Source: Candidatus Helarchaeota archaeon (lineage in GTDB: Archaea; Asgardarchaeota; Lokiarchaeia; Helarchaeales; RDOG01). From it: a DNA stretch of 64,000 bases. The notes under the pieces are model-generated. The model worked only from the letters and a program-made list of their open reading frames with translations. It did no database searches and had not been told where the DNA came from. The stretch lies in assembly GCA_019058315.1 (NCBI GenBank), contig JAHPZH010000001.1:1347218-1411217 (forward strand), read 5' to 3'. Within the stretch, counting starts at the first letter, position 1, and each line of letters starts with the position of its first letter. Below are positions 30,864 through 39,841 of this stretch, piece after piece. Position numbers and translations under genes: made by a program.

Positions 30864-31367
30864 ATGCCAAATACTCTTGATAATTTGAAAAGTGCATTTG
30901 CTGGTGAGAGCCAAGCGAATAGAAAGTATCTTGCTTTTTCAAAGAAGGCAGAAAAGGAAGGATTTTCTAATATTGCGAAAATGTTCAAAGCAATTGCAGA
31001 AGCTGAGACTGTTCATGCCCATAATCATCTAAGAACAATGGGCGGGATCAAATCCACTTTAGAGAACTTGGAGGAAGCAAAAGGCGGCGAGTTTTACGAA
31101 ATAACTAAAATGTATCCAGCTATGGTAGAAACGGCCAAAAAAGAGGGTAATAAACAAGCTGAACGAACAATGAATTTCGCTTTACAAACTGAAAAAATTC
31201 ATGAGAAAATGTATGAAAAAGCAATTGACAAAATCAAAGACGGAAAGGATATTGACGAAAAAGTGTTCCATGTTTGTCCCGTTTGCGGTTGTACATTCGA
31301 AGGAGAAGATCTGCCAGACAAATGTCCAATTTGTAATGCAAAAAAAGAATTATTTATGAAAATTTAG
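30864..31367 (+). CDS. rbr: Rubrerythrin
   Basis: AFAGESQANRKY, EAETVHA, EKIH, CPVCG...CPIC. Confidence 0.95.
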   Translation: MPNTLDNLKSAFAGESQANRKYLAFSKKAEKEGFSNIAKMFKAIAEAETVHAHNHLRTMGGIKSTLENLEEAKGGEFYEITKMYPAMVETAKKEGNKQAERTMNFALQTEKIHEKMYEKAIDKIKDGKDIDEKVFHVCPVCGCTFEGEDLPDKCPICNAKKELFMKI

Positions 31368-31499
31368 CATAAAAACTAATTTTTTTCAAATTTTCCTTTT
31401 TTATTTTGTTAATTTGATTTTAATTTAATTTATTTTTTATAGTTTTTTTCATAATGTTTTATAAATTCATAAAATCGATTATTTTCATTTGTTAAACTA

Positions 31500-32015
31500 A
31501 TGGTGAAATTAATGGTGAGTACTGAAGAGAATCTGAAAACTGCATTTGCAGGTGAAAGTCAAGCAAATAGAAAATATACTGCATTTTCGAGGAAAGCAGA
31601 AAAAGATGGATTTCCTAATATTGCAAGAATGTTTAAAGCAATTGCAGAAGCTGAAACAATACATGCTATTAATCATTACAAAGCATTAAGTATGGTAAAA
31701 TCCACTGCTGAGAACCTTCAAGTGGCAATTGATGGTGAACATTATGAAGTTACAGAAATGTATCCTCCAATGGTCGAAACGGCAAAAAAAGAGGGACATA
31801 AACAAGGAGAACGTTCAACCCATTTTGCGTTAGAAACGGAAAAAGTCCATGAAAAAATGTACAATGTTGCATTAGAAAAAGTAAAAGCTGGGGAGGACGT
31901 TAAAAAAGTAAATTATTTTATCTGTCCTGTTTGTGGCTATACATTTGAAGAGGACGATCTACCAGATAATTGTCCAGTGTGTAAAGCAAGAAAAGAATCG
32001 TTTATGAAATTTTAA
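31500..32015 (+). CDS. rbr: Rubrerythrin (tandem paralog)
   Basis: Same diiron and rubredoxin motifs. Confidence 0.95.
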   Translation: MVKLMVSTEENLKTAFAGESQANRKYTAFSRKAEKDGFPNIARMFKAIAEAETIHAINHYKALSMVKSTAENLQVAIDGEHYEVTEMYPPMVETAKKEGHKQGERSTHFALETEKVHEKMYNVALEKVKAGEDVKKVNYFICPVCGYTFEEDDLPDNCPVCKARKESFMKF

Positions 32016-32029
32016 AGGAGTTAGAAAAA

Positions 32030-32203
32030 ATGCCTTTTTGGAAATGTGAAAAATGTGGTTATATCCACGAGGACCAACTACCGCCAAGTGAGGGTATCTG
32101 TCCAAGTTGTAAAGATACCTGCACATTCAAAAATGTAACATGTTATTTACCAGAATGTGGTCATGAAGCGGGAAGCAAAGAACACATAGACCCTAGACTA
32201 TAA
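32030..32203 (+). CDS. Small rubredoxin-like protein, 57 aa (not in ORF track)
   Basis: AGGAG then ATG 32030: MPFWKCEKCGYIHEDQLPPSEGICPSCKDTCTFKNVTCYLPECGHEAGSKEHIDPRL*. Confidence 0.85.
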   Translation: MPFWKCEKCGYIHEDQLPPSEGICPSCKDTCTFKNVTCYLPECGHEAGSKEHIDPRL

Positions 32204-32224
32204 TTCTTTTTTTTATTCTTTTTA
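32204..32224 (+). terminator. Oligo-T archaeal terminator candidate
   Basis: TTCTTTTTTTTATTCTTTTT directly after the stop of the rubredoxin-like gene. Confidence 0.45.
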
Positions 32225-32246
32225 AAATGAAATTTAATTAATATAC

Positions 32247-33155
32247 TTATTCATCTGCCAGAATTTTAATTATTCGAGGATGGATATATTCGCAAATGCT
32301 TAAAGAAGAACCTCCATGAGTATTAATCAAATAACGACCTTCACAAACTTCATTCGCTGCAGATTTAACCATTTTTACTAATTCTAAGAAAAAATCTCTA
32401 CTTAAGCCACGATCTCCATAATCGCCACGTGCAGTATCATGTCCTAATAAATGTAAAATTATACTTGGACAAAATTTTTTAATTCTATTGATGAATTCTT
32501 TATCAACTTTTTTTAAATATTCTTTATCAGTTGTTGAATAACCTGAATCAACGCAAATTTTTGTATTTTCATCTTCTATTCTATTTGAGCTACAAAAACA
32601 GACATGGAGGACATTATGATTTCCCATAGTAACATTTCGAGTTCCATTTCCATGATGTGAGTCTGTATCTAGTATTGCAATTTTGATATCTCTGAATTTT
32701 TCTTCAAGATTGGCAATTACTGCTCCAGATACTGATGCGTAAGTACCTCCCCAAGCAGAATCTTTTTCTGCATGGTGCCCCGCAGCCACACCAAAACATA
32801 GAGCATTTTTGAATTCCCCTTTTACAATTCTTTCAGCTGCTTCAACACATCCACCAATAGTATAACGGGCACCTTCATAATCCCACCTAGTTTTAAGACG
32901 TTTAAAATATCGTTCTGTATGAACTTTAAGGAGTAGATTTTCAGAAACCAATTTTGGTTCAATCAATTTAACGTTTTCAATCTTTAATTCATTTTCCATT
33001 ACAGTAGGATAATTTTGAAATTTGTTATTTATTATATCCCAGATTTTTTTATTAAAAAGATCATGAAAATAAACAGCTGTAATTCCTTGCAATTTACTTT
33101 TCATTCCTATCATTTCAATAAGTATTTCATCTTTCAAAATAGGAGAAATAACCAC
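32247..33155 (-). CDS. Histone deacetylase-family amidohydrolase
   Basis: VHTERY, AGHHA, DTDSHHGNGT, GHD...GD. Start probably a downstream ATG (~33104-33113). Confidence 0.85.
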   Translation of the reverse strand: MVISPILKDEILIEMIGMKSKLQGITAVYFHDLFNKKIWDIINNKFQNYPTVMENELKIENVKLIEPKLVSENLLLKVHTERYFKRLKTRWDYEGARYTIGGCVEAAERIVKGEFKNALCFGVAAGHHAEKDSAWGGTYASVSGAVIANLEEKFRDIKIAILDTDSHHGNGTRNVTMGNHNVLHVCFCSSNRIEDENTKICVDSGYSTTDKEYLKKVDKEFINRIKKFCPSIILHLLGHDTARGDYGDRGLSRDFFLELVKMVKSAANEVCEGRYLINTHGGSSLSICEYIHPRIIKILADE

Positions 33156-33666
33156 CTAAAAATCCTAAAATTATAGTAATTATGATATTAGTGTCAATTA
33201 TATCAAGAATTATAATTGGTTCTGTTGGGAAAGGAAGTTTAAATATTAAATTTTCTGTAAATAAGTCAATAAGAACTAAAATTAAAGCAATAATAAAGAG
33301 AATTGTACCTATAAGACCAATTTTATTCTTTCTTTGAAAGGAAATTACACCACCGATAAAAAATAGAGTGTTAACGATAAAAATTAGTATAATATTTATA
33401 ATATCTAAAAGATTATGCCACCTAAGAAATGATATAAGATCACTTAGTAGATCTAAAATGTTTGTAATGCCATAAATTAGCCATCCATTTAAGGAACTTC
33501 CCATTGATCCTTTTAGATTTATTGCAGGAATAGAAAAACCTAGGAAAGGGGAAATACCTAAAATTAAAAGAAAAATTGCGTTTGACAATAATAAAAAGCC
33601 GGCAATTTTAAATTTAGGATCTCCCGACTTTTCTTTTTTTAATTTATCCAAGGTATAATCCTTCAT
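33127..33666 (-). CDS. Hypothetical membrane protein
   Basis: About 4-5 hydrophobic segments; 4-nt overlap with the upstream hydrolase. Confidence 0.65.
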   Translation of the reverse strand: MKDYTLDKLKKEKSGDPKFKIAGFLLLSNAIFLLILGISPFLGFSIPAINLKGSMGSSLNGWLIYGITNILDLLSDLISFLRWHNLLDIINIILIFIVNTLFFIGGVISFQRKNKIGLIGTILFIIALILVLIDLFTENLIFKLPFPTEPIIILDIIDTNIIITIILGFLGGYFSYFER

Positions 33667-34751
33667 ATTTTATCAGTTAAAAGATCTATTACAAAATTTT
33701 TTCTTGATGAACTTGGTGTAAGAAGAGACCCGTGAGATTCGTAATCCCAAACATAATTTTGAGCACCATTCAACTTTGCACTACGCGGAGCAACTAAACC
33801 ATCAGTTCCTACATCCATCCAAAGAAATAATTGTTGAAGCAAATTTAAAATCAATATATTTTTTCCTCGTTCCCAATCATCATATTCAAAAACCGTAAAT
33901 TCAGCCTGCATATGCTGAAAATAAGCTAAATAATCAAATAAAAACCTGCCAGCAATTGTAGTCCAGGTAATATTTGCATCATACGGAGTTTCATCTCCAG
34001 CAACTTTCAAAGTCTCAAAATATGGACTATTTTTTCTGATTTGGATTAGCTGGTGGTTTAAATCCAAAATATGATGATAAACATAACTCATTAACAAACT
34101 TATAGTGGGATCTTCCATAATTAGAAGAATTCTTAAATAGATTAGATAATCTAACAAACCTTGATATGGATGAGAACCTTTACGAAAAGCTATAGCGAGT
34201 GATCCCTTGTTTGGGGTTCCCATTGTGATTACATCATCTATATTGATACCACTAGCATTTAAATTTGGATAATAATTACAAATCAAATCACGAACAACTA
34301 TGCCACCCATGGAATGACAAAGAAAATCAACATCGGTAAAATTTGAAGAATTTAAATATTGAAAAAGATAGTAGCTTATATTGGAAATATCTGTCTCTAA
34401 ATCTATTGGATTATGATTTCCTATGTAGTTTTTAGGTTCAGAACCGCTTCCATCCCAATAATAATTTATTGCAACGACTTTATTGTAGTAATTTGCGTAA
34501 ATATTTGAATCATTCCAACGATCAAATACACTGGAACTAGCAGCATGCCCATGAATTAGAATTAAAGATTTGTTAGTTCCTCCATTTTTAGGAGCAGTTG
34601 GTCTATGAATGGGAGTTCTTATTGAAGCAGTAACGTAACAGATATTCTGTTCTAATACTGAATTATTTCTATTTATCGGAATTATTGTTAAGAATAAGCA
34701 AGTTATACTAATAAATGATATAAATATCAGTGATTTTTTTGATGATTTCAA
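33663..34751 (-). CDS. Secreted/anchored PGAP1-like alpha/beta hydrolase (lipase)
   Basis: LILIHG, CHSMGG, ITMGTPNKGS, DGLV, H. TTG 34751 chosen because a signal-like helix follows and it avoids overlap with 34844. Confidence 0.8.
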   Translation of the reverse strand: MKSSKKSLIFISFISITCLFLTIIPINRNNSVLEQNICYVTASIRTPIHRPTAPKNGGTNKSLILIHGHAASSSVFDRWNDSNIYANYYNKVVAINYYWDGSGSEPKNYIGNHNPIDLETDISNISYYLFQYLNSSNFTDVDFLCHSMGGIVVRDLICNYYPNLNASGINIDDVITMGTPNKGSLAIAFRKGSHPYQGLLDYLIYLRILLIMEDPTISLLMSYVYHHILDLNHQLIQIRKNSPYFETLKVAGDETPYDANITWTTIAGRFLFDYLAYFQHMQAEFTVFEYDDWERGKNILILNLLQQLFLWMDVGTDGLVAPRSAKLNGAQNYVWDYESHGSLLTPSSSRKNFVIDLLTDKI

Positions 34752-34843
34752 GTCTAAACTACCATTGGTCTCTTTTCTCGTATAGTAATAAAAATTTTTA
34801 TTACTTAATGTGTTACTTTTTTTTAAAATAATAATAGAGGTTT

Positions 34844-36043
34844 TTGAATTTGAAACCAAGTGTATTTTATACTGATGAAGAGCAAAAATTTAGACAAGAA
34901 GTTCATGATTTTGTACAAGATAAAATGCCTCCTTTTGTCGATGATATTATCGAAGGAGGAAGAACTCATGATTTTGAACCATTAAGGAAAGCCATTAAGC
35001 TTTTGGGAAGTAAGGGGCTAATTGGGTCAATTCATCCAAAGAAGTATGGTGGTACTGAACGTGGAATGATAGGAGAGGCAATTGTGGCTGAAGAAGTAGC
35101 CAAAATAAATGGAGCATTAGAACTTACTAGATTAGTTACAGCAACATTATTCGGAATGCCTTTATCTTTCTATGGTTCTGAAGAACAAAAAGCAAAATAT
35201 TTACCAAAAATATGTAGCGGTGAATATCTTGGCTGTATTGCAATGACTGAAGATCAAGCAGGTTCGGATTTAGCAGGAATGCAAACCATGGTTAAGAAGG
35301 AAGGAGACGACTATGTAGTAAATGGACATAAGAAATATATTACTAATGGAGGAGTTGCAGAATTAGTTGCATTATTTGCAGTTTTAGAAGATATTGAGGA
35401 TAAAGATCCAAGAAAAAAACTTATTGGACTTCTAATTGATACAAAAAATACAAAAGGATTTAATGTAGTCTCACAATTTGATTTAGCAGGCATGGAAGGG
35501 GCATCAAACGTCCGCATAGAATTCGATGAAATGGTTGTTCCAGGAAATATGGTATTAGGTAAAGAAGGACAAGGTTGGGAAATATTAATGTCAGAATTGA
35601 ACGAAGAGAGATGTGGTATGGCTGCCGATTGCGTTGGATTTGCCCAAGAGGCTTTTAATTTGGCATTGAAACATTCTAATGAACGGGTTCAGTTTGGTAT
35701 GCCAATATCTCGACAGCAAGCAGTTAGTTTCAGAATAGCAGATGCTTATACAAAAATTCAAGCCGCAAGATTGTTGACTCTTGAAGCTGCAAGATATATC
35801 GACATGCATGATCGTGCTGCAACAATGTCAGCTTCGATGGCATTTGCATACGGATCAGAAATGCTCCTTGATGTTTCAGAGGGTATGTTATTAACTTTAG
35901 CTGGTGAAGGAGTTGCAAATCGAGCAAAACAAGCCGCGGTATTTCATAGAATGGGTCCCATCATGTGGGTCGTTGGAGGGACAACAGATGTACAGAAACA
36001 TATCATACAAAGAGAACTTTATAAGTCTTTAAAGAAAAAATAA
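34844..36043 (+). CDS. Acyl-CoA dehydrogenase
   Basis: AMTEDQAGSD, NGHKKYITNG, LNEER, RVQFGMPI, GGTTDVQK. Confidence 0.95.
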   Translation: MNLKPSVFYTDEEQKFRQEVHDFVQDKMPPFVDDIIEGGRTHDFEPLRKAIKLLGSKGLIGSIHPKKYGGTERGMIGEAIVAEEVAKINGALELTRLVTATLFGMPLSFYGSEEQKAKYLPKICSGEYLGCIAMTEDQAGSDLAGMQTMVKKEGDDYVVNGHKKYITNGGVAELVALFAVLEDIEDKDPRKKLIGLLIDTKNTKGFNVVSQFDLAGMEGASNVRIEFDEMVVPGNMVLGKEGQGWEILMSELNEERCGMAADCVGFAQEAFNLALKHSNERVQFGMPISRQQAVSFRIADAYTKIQAARLLTLEAARYIDMHDRAATMSASMAFAYGSEMLLDVSEGMLLTLAGEGVANRAKQAAVFHRMGPIMWVVGGTTDVQKHIIQRELYKSLKKK

Positions 36044-36047
36044 AGTA

Positions 36048-36075
36048 ATTTTTTTATTTTTCTTTTTTTATTTTC
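36048..36075 (+). terminator. Oligo-T terminator candidate
   Basis: Long T-run immediately after the acyl-CoA dehydrogenase stop. Confidence 0.4.
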
Positions 36076-36206
36076 TCCATTTATTTATTAAATCCCATCT
36101 TTTAAATTAATTCTAGCAATATATTAATATTATTACTTATTTAATATTAAATGTTTCAATTGAAAATAGTTTATTATACAAATTTTGTTTAAATTAAACA
36201 AGAAAT

Positions 36207-37367
36207 ATGATAAGGGTTTTTATTTTGACGGAAAATAATGATAAATATTATAAGAAGATAGCTGATGCACTTTTGTTACCTAAAGGAATGAGAAAAGATC
36301 TTTTTAAAATATTAAAATTTTGGTTTACTCCAGAAGAAGCTAAAATTGTATCGGTTTTTGGAACATCAATGATGGATTCATATCCTGTTGAAAAAATAGC
36401 TAAAAAAACGAAAGAACCCGAAGAAAAAGTTGCAAAAACTTTAGATAAACTTGCTAAAAAGGGTCTGATATTCACTTGGCATAACAAAAAATTGAATAAA
36501 AAGATGTATACAATTCCAATGTTATTCCCTGGATTATTTGAATGGTATTTTGCAAGCAAGTTTAATAGTATGGATGAATTAAGAGAGGCGGCAAAAGCGT
36601 TTCTCCCGTTAGAGAGTAATTTTATGAGTATGGCATCAAATTATCCAATTTCCCGAGTTGCTCCTAGTATTAAACCATTGGAGAAAATAATTGAGGTTAA
36701 TAAGGGTGTCGAAGTCGGAAAAGGTCAGGTATTAATATTTGAAGATGTCAAGCAGATTCTCCAGAACTCATGGAAAATAGCCGTCATGCCTTGTCCTTGC
36801 AGAATATTCCATGGAATTTTAGGAGATGCTTGTGATAAACCAATTGAGGTTTGTTTTAATTTAAATTCATCAGCTGACTATGTAATCAAAGAGGGGATAG
36901 GACGAGAATTAACAGTTGAGGAAGGAATTGATGTATTAAGAATGGCTGAAGAAGCAGGATTAGTACATGTTATAAATAATCAATCAGATAAATTTACATT
37001 TATCTGTAATTGCTGTGATGATTGTTGCGGTTTTCTTGGAACAGCTAACAAATATAACTTGATAAATAAGTCCATTGCAAAATCGAACTACTTCCCTAAA
37101 ATTGATCATATGAAATGCAAGCGGTGTAAAAAATGTTTAAGTTTATGTCCTGTTAATGCAATTTTTCTCAATTATGGTGAAAAAGAAGATCTATCCGATT
37201 CTTTTATTACCATCCGGGAAGATTTGTGTATAGGATGCGGGATTTGTGCTACTAACTGTTCATGGGATGCTATTACACTAGAAAAAATTGGTAATGTTAC
37301 GGATGCAGACCTAGAAAGTAAAATTTGGCAAGCAGGTATGCGAAGCCGTCAAGAAAAATTATTTTAA
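36207..37367 (+). CDS. HTH + Cys-rich + 2x[4Fe-4S] ferredoxin-domain protein
   Basis: FTPEEA, CPCR, AEEAGLVH, ICNCCDDCC, two CxxCxxCxxxC motifs. Confidence 0.85.
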   Translation: MIRVFILTENNDKYYKKIADALLLPKGMRKDLFKILKFWFTPEEAKIVSVFGTSMMDSYPVEKIAKKTKEPEEKVAKTLDKLAKKGLIFTWHNKKLNKKMYTIPMLFPGLFEWYFASKFNSMDELREAAKAFLPLESNFMSMASNYPISRVAPSIKPLEKIIEVNKGVEVGKGQVLIFEDVKQILQNSWKIAVMPCPCRIFHGILGDACDKPIEVCFNLNSSADYVIKEGIGRELTVEEGIDVLRMAEEAGLVHVINNQSDKFTFICNCCDDCCGFLGTANKYNLINKSIAKSNYFPKIDHMKCKRCKKCLSLCPVNAIFLNYGEKEDLSDSFITIREDLCIGCGICATNCSWDAITLEKIGNVTDADLESKIWQAGMRSRQEKLF

Positions 37368-37631
37368 AATTTTTTCAACTTTTTATAGAATTTTTTAATT
37401 TTTTTGTTTATTTCTAGAAAAAAAATTTTCTATTAATATTCAATATTTTTTTTCAGTCTGAAGTCAAGTTTTTCTTTTTGAGATCAAAATTCTTTGAAAT
37501 TATTCTTTTCAATCTGAGATTTCAATTTGTTTTTGGGCATTTTTTTTAATTAAAATTTTTTGAATTGAATTTTTTGAACTTTTTTTTTCAAATACTTTTC
37601 TTTCTAAATTTATTCAAATTCAAAATATTAG

Positions 37632-37662
37632 TGTCAGACGAAATGTCAGACAACTGTCAGAC
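37632..37662 (+). repeat. Three direct repeats TGTCAGAC (37632, 37644, 37655); putative operator/iterons
   Basis: Exact 8-mers spaced 12 and 11 bp apart in very AT-rich DNA, ~100 bp upstream of an RHH gene. Confidence 0.75.
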
Positions 37663-37759
37663 ATATTTAAATAATAATTCTGTTTCTAAAATATTGAATA
37701 AAAATATTTTATGGTGAATAATATCTGCATAATATTTTGAGTTTGAGAGGATTTTAGGA

Positions 37760-38023
37760 ATGATTAAAGAAAATAGAGTTACTTTTCGCCTTAAAGATTT
37801 TACAATAGAACAATTAGATGAATTAGTCAAAGAGAAGGGATATGAAAATAGGTCTGCTCTAATAAATCAAGCAATTAAAAAGCTAGTTGAAGGAAAAGAG
37901 GATAAAAAATTAAAGAAACATTTGAAATTTTTTTATGATATTTTTGTTAAAAATGCCTCAAAATTTGTTATGGATATAAATGAAATAGAAAAAGTAGAAC
38001 TTATTGAGGGTGTTTTAGATTAG
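37760..38023 (+). CDS. Ribbon-helix-helix (CopG/NikR-like) DNA-binding protein
   Basis: RVTFRL...LDELVKEKGYENRSALINQAIKKL; GAGAGG upstream. Confidence 0.85.
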   Translation: MIKENRVTFRLKDFTIEQLDELVKEKGYENRSALINQAIKKLVEGKEDKKLKKHLKFFYDIFVKNASKFVMDINEIEKVELIEGVLD

Positions 38024-38039
38024 TAAATTATCAGAAATA

Positions 38040-38291
38040 ATGAGACAAAGATTGTTGGAAGATAAACAAAAAGAAAAGAAAAAAGAAAAATCCAGAAAAA
38101 GAAAGCCTAAAGAGGGAATAATAAAACCGAAAAGAATTAGAAAATCAAAAAAAGGTTTAAAAGTGAGACGGGGTGGACCCACTTTTCGACAACTTATGTT
38201 TATTGCCGAGATGTGGAAGATTCCTAATTCTACAAATGTAACTTCAAAAACAAAGTTGAAAAATATGATAATTAATTTTTTAGAAGAATAA
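38040..38291 (+). CDS. Small very basic protein with C-terminal HeH/Rho-N-like motif
   Basis: K/R-rich N-half; TFRQLMFIAEMWKI....SKTKLKNMII. Confidence 0.6.
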   Translation: MRQRLLEDKQKEKKKEKSRKRKPKEGIIKPKRIRKSKKGLKVRRGGPTFRQLMFIAEMWKIPNSTNVTSKTKLKNMIINFLEE

Positions 38292-38300
38292 AAAGCTTGA

Positions 38301-38500
38301 ATATTTGGTTTTTTTAAGCTATTGAACTAGCCCTCCCTAATGGGAGGGGATTCGTAATTCATCGAGGACGGCTGATATAGCATCAGTCTAACGTCCTCTC
38401 CAAACGCATCGACCGCAGTTCCTGCGGCAGCATTATTATTAATGATTTTGATATGATTATTTTTAAGACATTTTAACCCTTCTTTTTTAATATTGATAGA
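38301..38500 (-). ncRNA. Predicted TnpB omega/reRNA (boundaries approximate; guide from 38321 downwards)
   Basis: Inferred from the known TnpB layout: scaffold overlaps the tnpB 3' end and right end, and the guide is the flanking DNA. Confidence 0.5.
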
Positions 38501-39720
38501 GGCATTAATATCTCTATCATGGTGGGCAGAACACTTAGGACATGTCCAAACTCTATCGGTCAGTTTTACATCTTTGTTTTTAAAACCGCATTTGGAACAA
38601 AGTTTGGAACTTGGAAAATAACGATCTATTAAGACAAGATACCCTCCTCTGTCTTCCATCTTATATTTTAGAATATTTATGAATTGATTCCAAGAAAAAT
38701 CAAGTGTAACCGATTTAGATACACCCGAATTGAACTGTTGCATTCCTTTAATGTTCAAGTTTTCTAATATTATTCCCTCAAAATGCTGACTCATACAAAA
38801 CGTTAGCTTATGTACCCAATCCAGTTTACGGTTTCCTATCTTCTCATATAGGCGGGCTAGTTTCACCCTTACTTTGTTACGATTACTACTTCCCTTTTTC
38901 TTTCTACTCAACGCTCGGTGTAGTTTTTTCAACTTACCCTCTTCAGTTCTATACCATCGGGGACTTGAGAGTTCTATCTCTTTGGCTATCAGAAACTTAG
39001 AAACACTCATGTCAAAGCCGATAATAGTCTCCTCTCTTATTACCTGTTTTGGGAGAAGGGTATGTTCGGTCTCTATCAAAATGGAGGCGAAATAGGTTCC
39101 AGACCTATTTTTGGAGACCGTTATGTGATGTATTTCCTCATGAAACATACGGTTATCACGATACCGTATCCACGTCTTTATCTTGGGCAGTTTTAATCTC
39201 TTCTTTCTAAAATCTAGCTTACAGTTGTTATTAATATTAAACGTGGTGTAGGACTGCTTAGACCTCTTAGACTTAAATCTCGGAGACCCCTTCTTTATCC
39301 CCTTCTTAATATTCCTGAAGAACCCATCATAAGCGGATTTTAGATGTCTCCACTCACATTGTAATGCCTTTGCATCAACCTCCTTTAAAAACGGAAACTG
39401 TCCTTTATACTCCCTCTCCGTTTGATATGTATGGGCATAAAGAGTCTCCTTGTCATCCTTTAACTCTTTATATACTTTAATCCTCTCCTCTAACATCTTA
39501 TTATAGATGAACCGACAGCAGCCAAAGGTTTGATCTAACAATGCTCTCTCTTCTCTATTGGGATACAACCTAACCTTGACTGCCCTATATAGCTTCATCA
39601 GCTACTCTATCTTGGTTACCCTATTTAAACCTCTAGAGACTTCTTGATAATTGAAAAAAATTACTATGTTGTTGTTGTATTCATCCCCGCCTGAAATCAG
39701 GGGCATTCTGCAATTTTTAG
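38322..39720 (-). mobile_element. IS200/IS605-family (IS1341-like, TnpB-only) element
   Basis: Minus strand left end TTAC|CTAAAAATTGCAGAATG-CCCCTGATTTCAGGCGGGG (hairpin 39685-39703). Right end GAAT-C-CCCTCCC ATTA GGGAGGG-CTAGT-TCAA| (hairpin 38331-38348). Visibly more GC-rich than flanks; no tnpA. Confidence 0.85.
38327..39598 (-). CDS. tnpB: RNA-guided endonuclease TnpB
   Basis: HTH_OrfB N-terminus (RLYP...FGCCRFIYN); RuvC GFD / ILENL / HDRDINA; zinc finger CSKC..CPKC. Confidence 0.95.
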   Translation of the reverse strand: MKLYRAVKVRLYPNREERALLDQTFGCCRFIYNKMLEERIKVYKELKDDKETLYAHTYQTEREYKGQFPFLKEVDAKALQCEWRHLKSAYDGFFRNIKKGIKKGSPRFKSKRSKQSYTTFNINNNCKLDFRKKRLKLPKIKTWIRYRDNRMFHEEIHHITVSKNRSGTYFASILIETEHTLLPKQVIREETIIGFDMSVSKFLIAKEIELSSPRWYRTEEGKLKKLHRALSRKKKGSSNRNKVRVKLARLYEKIGNRKLDWVHKLTFCMSQHFEGIILENLNIKGMQQFNSGVSKSVTLDFSWNQFINILKYKMEDRGGYLVLIDRYFPSSKLCSKCGFKNKDVKLTDRVWTCPKCSAHHDRDINASINIKKEGLKCLKNNHIKIINNNAAAGTAVDAFGEDVRLMLYQPSSMNYESPPIREG

Positions 39721-39841
39721 GTAAAAAGTAATAAGATATTATTTTCGATTTTTCAAAATTAATTTGCAATCCTAGTTAGGAATACTTAATAATTTTTTTT
39801 TGAAGGAAATTCTGTTAATAAAGCAATAATAAGGAATTTCA

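Noticed and set aside
34752-34859. Tracked N-terminal extension of the lipase overlapping the acyl-CoA dehydrogenase start
   Set aside because: It overlaps a divergent gene and its promoter space; TTG 34751 before the signal-like helix is more plausible.
35960-36000. Acyl-CoA dehydrogenase lacking the C-terminal catalytic Glu (GGT instead of EGT)
   Set aside because: The alternative helix-G Glu (LNEER), as in IVD/LCAD-type enzymes, is present; not unusual.
37368-37630. Very T-rich intergenic tract as a replication origin
   Set aside because: No ORB-like repeats or cdc6/orc1 gene. Only the TGTCAGAC repeats are reported.
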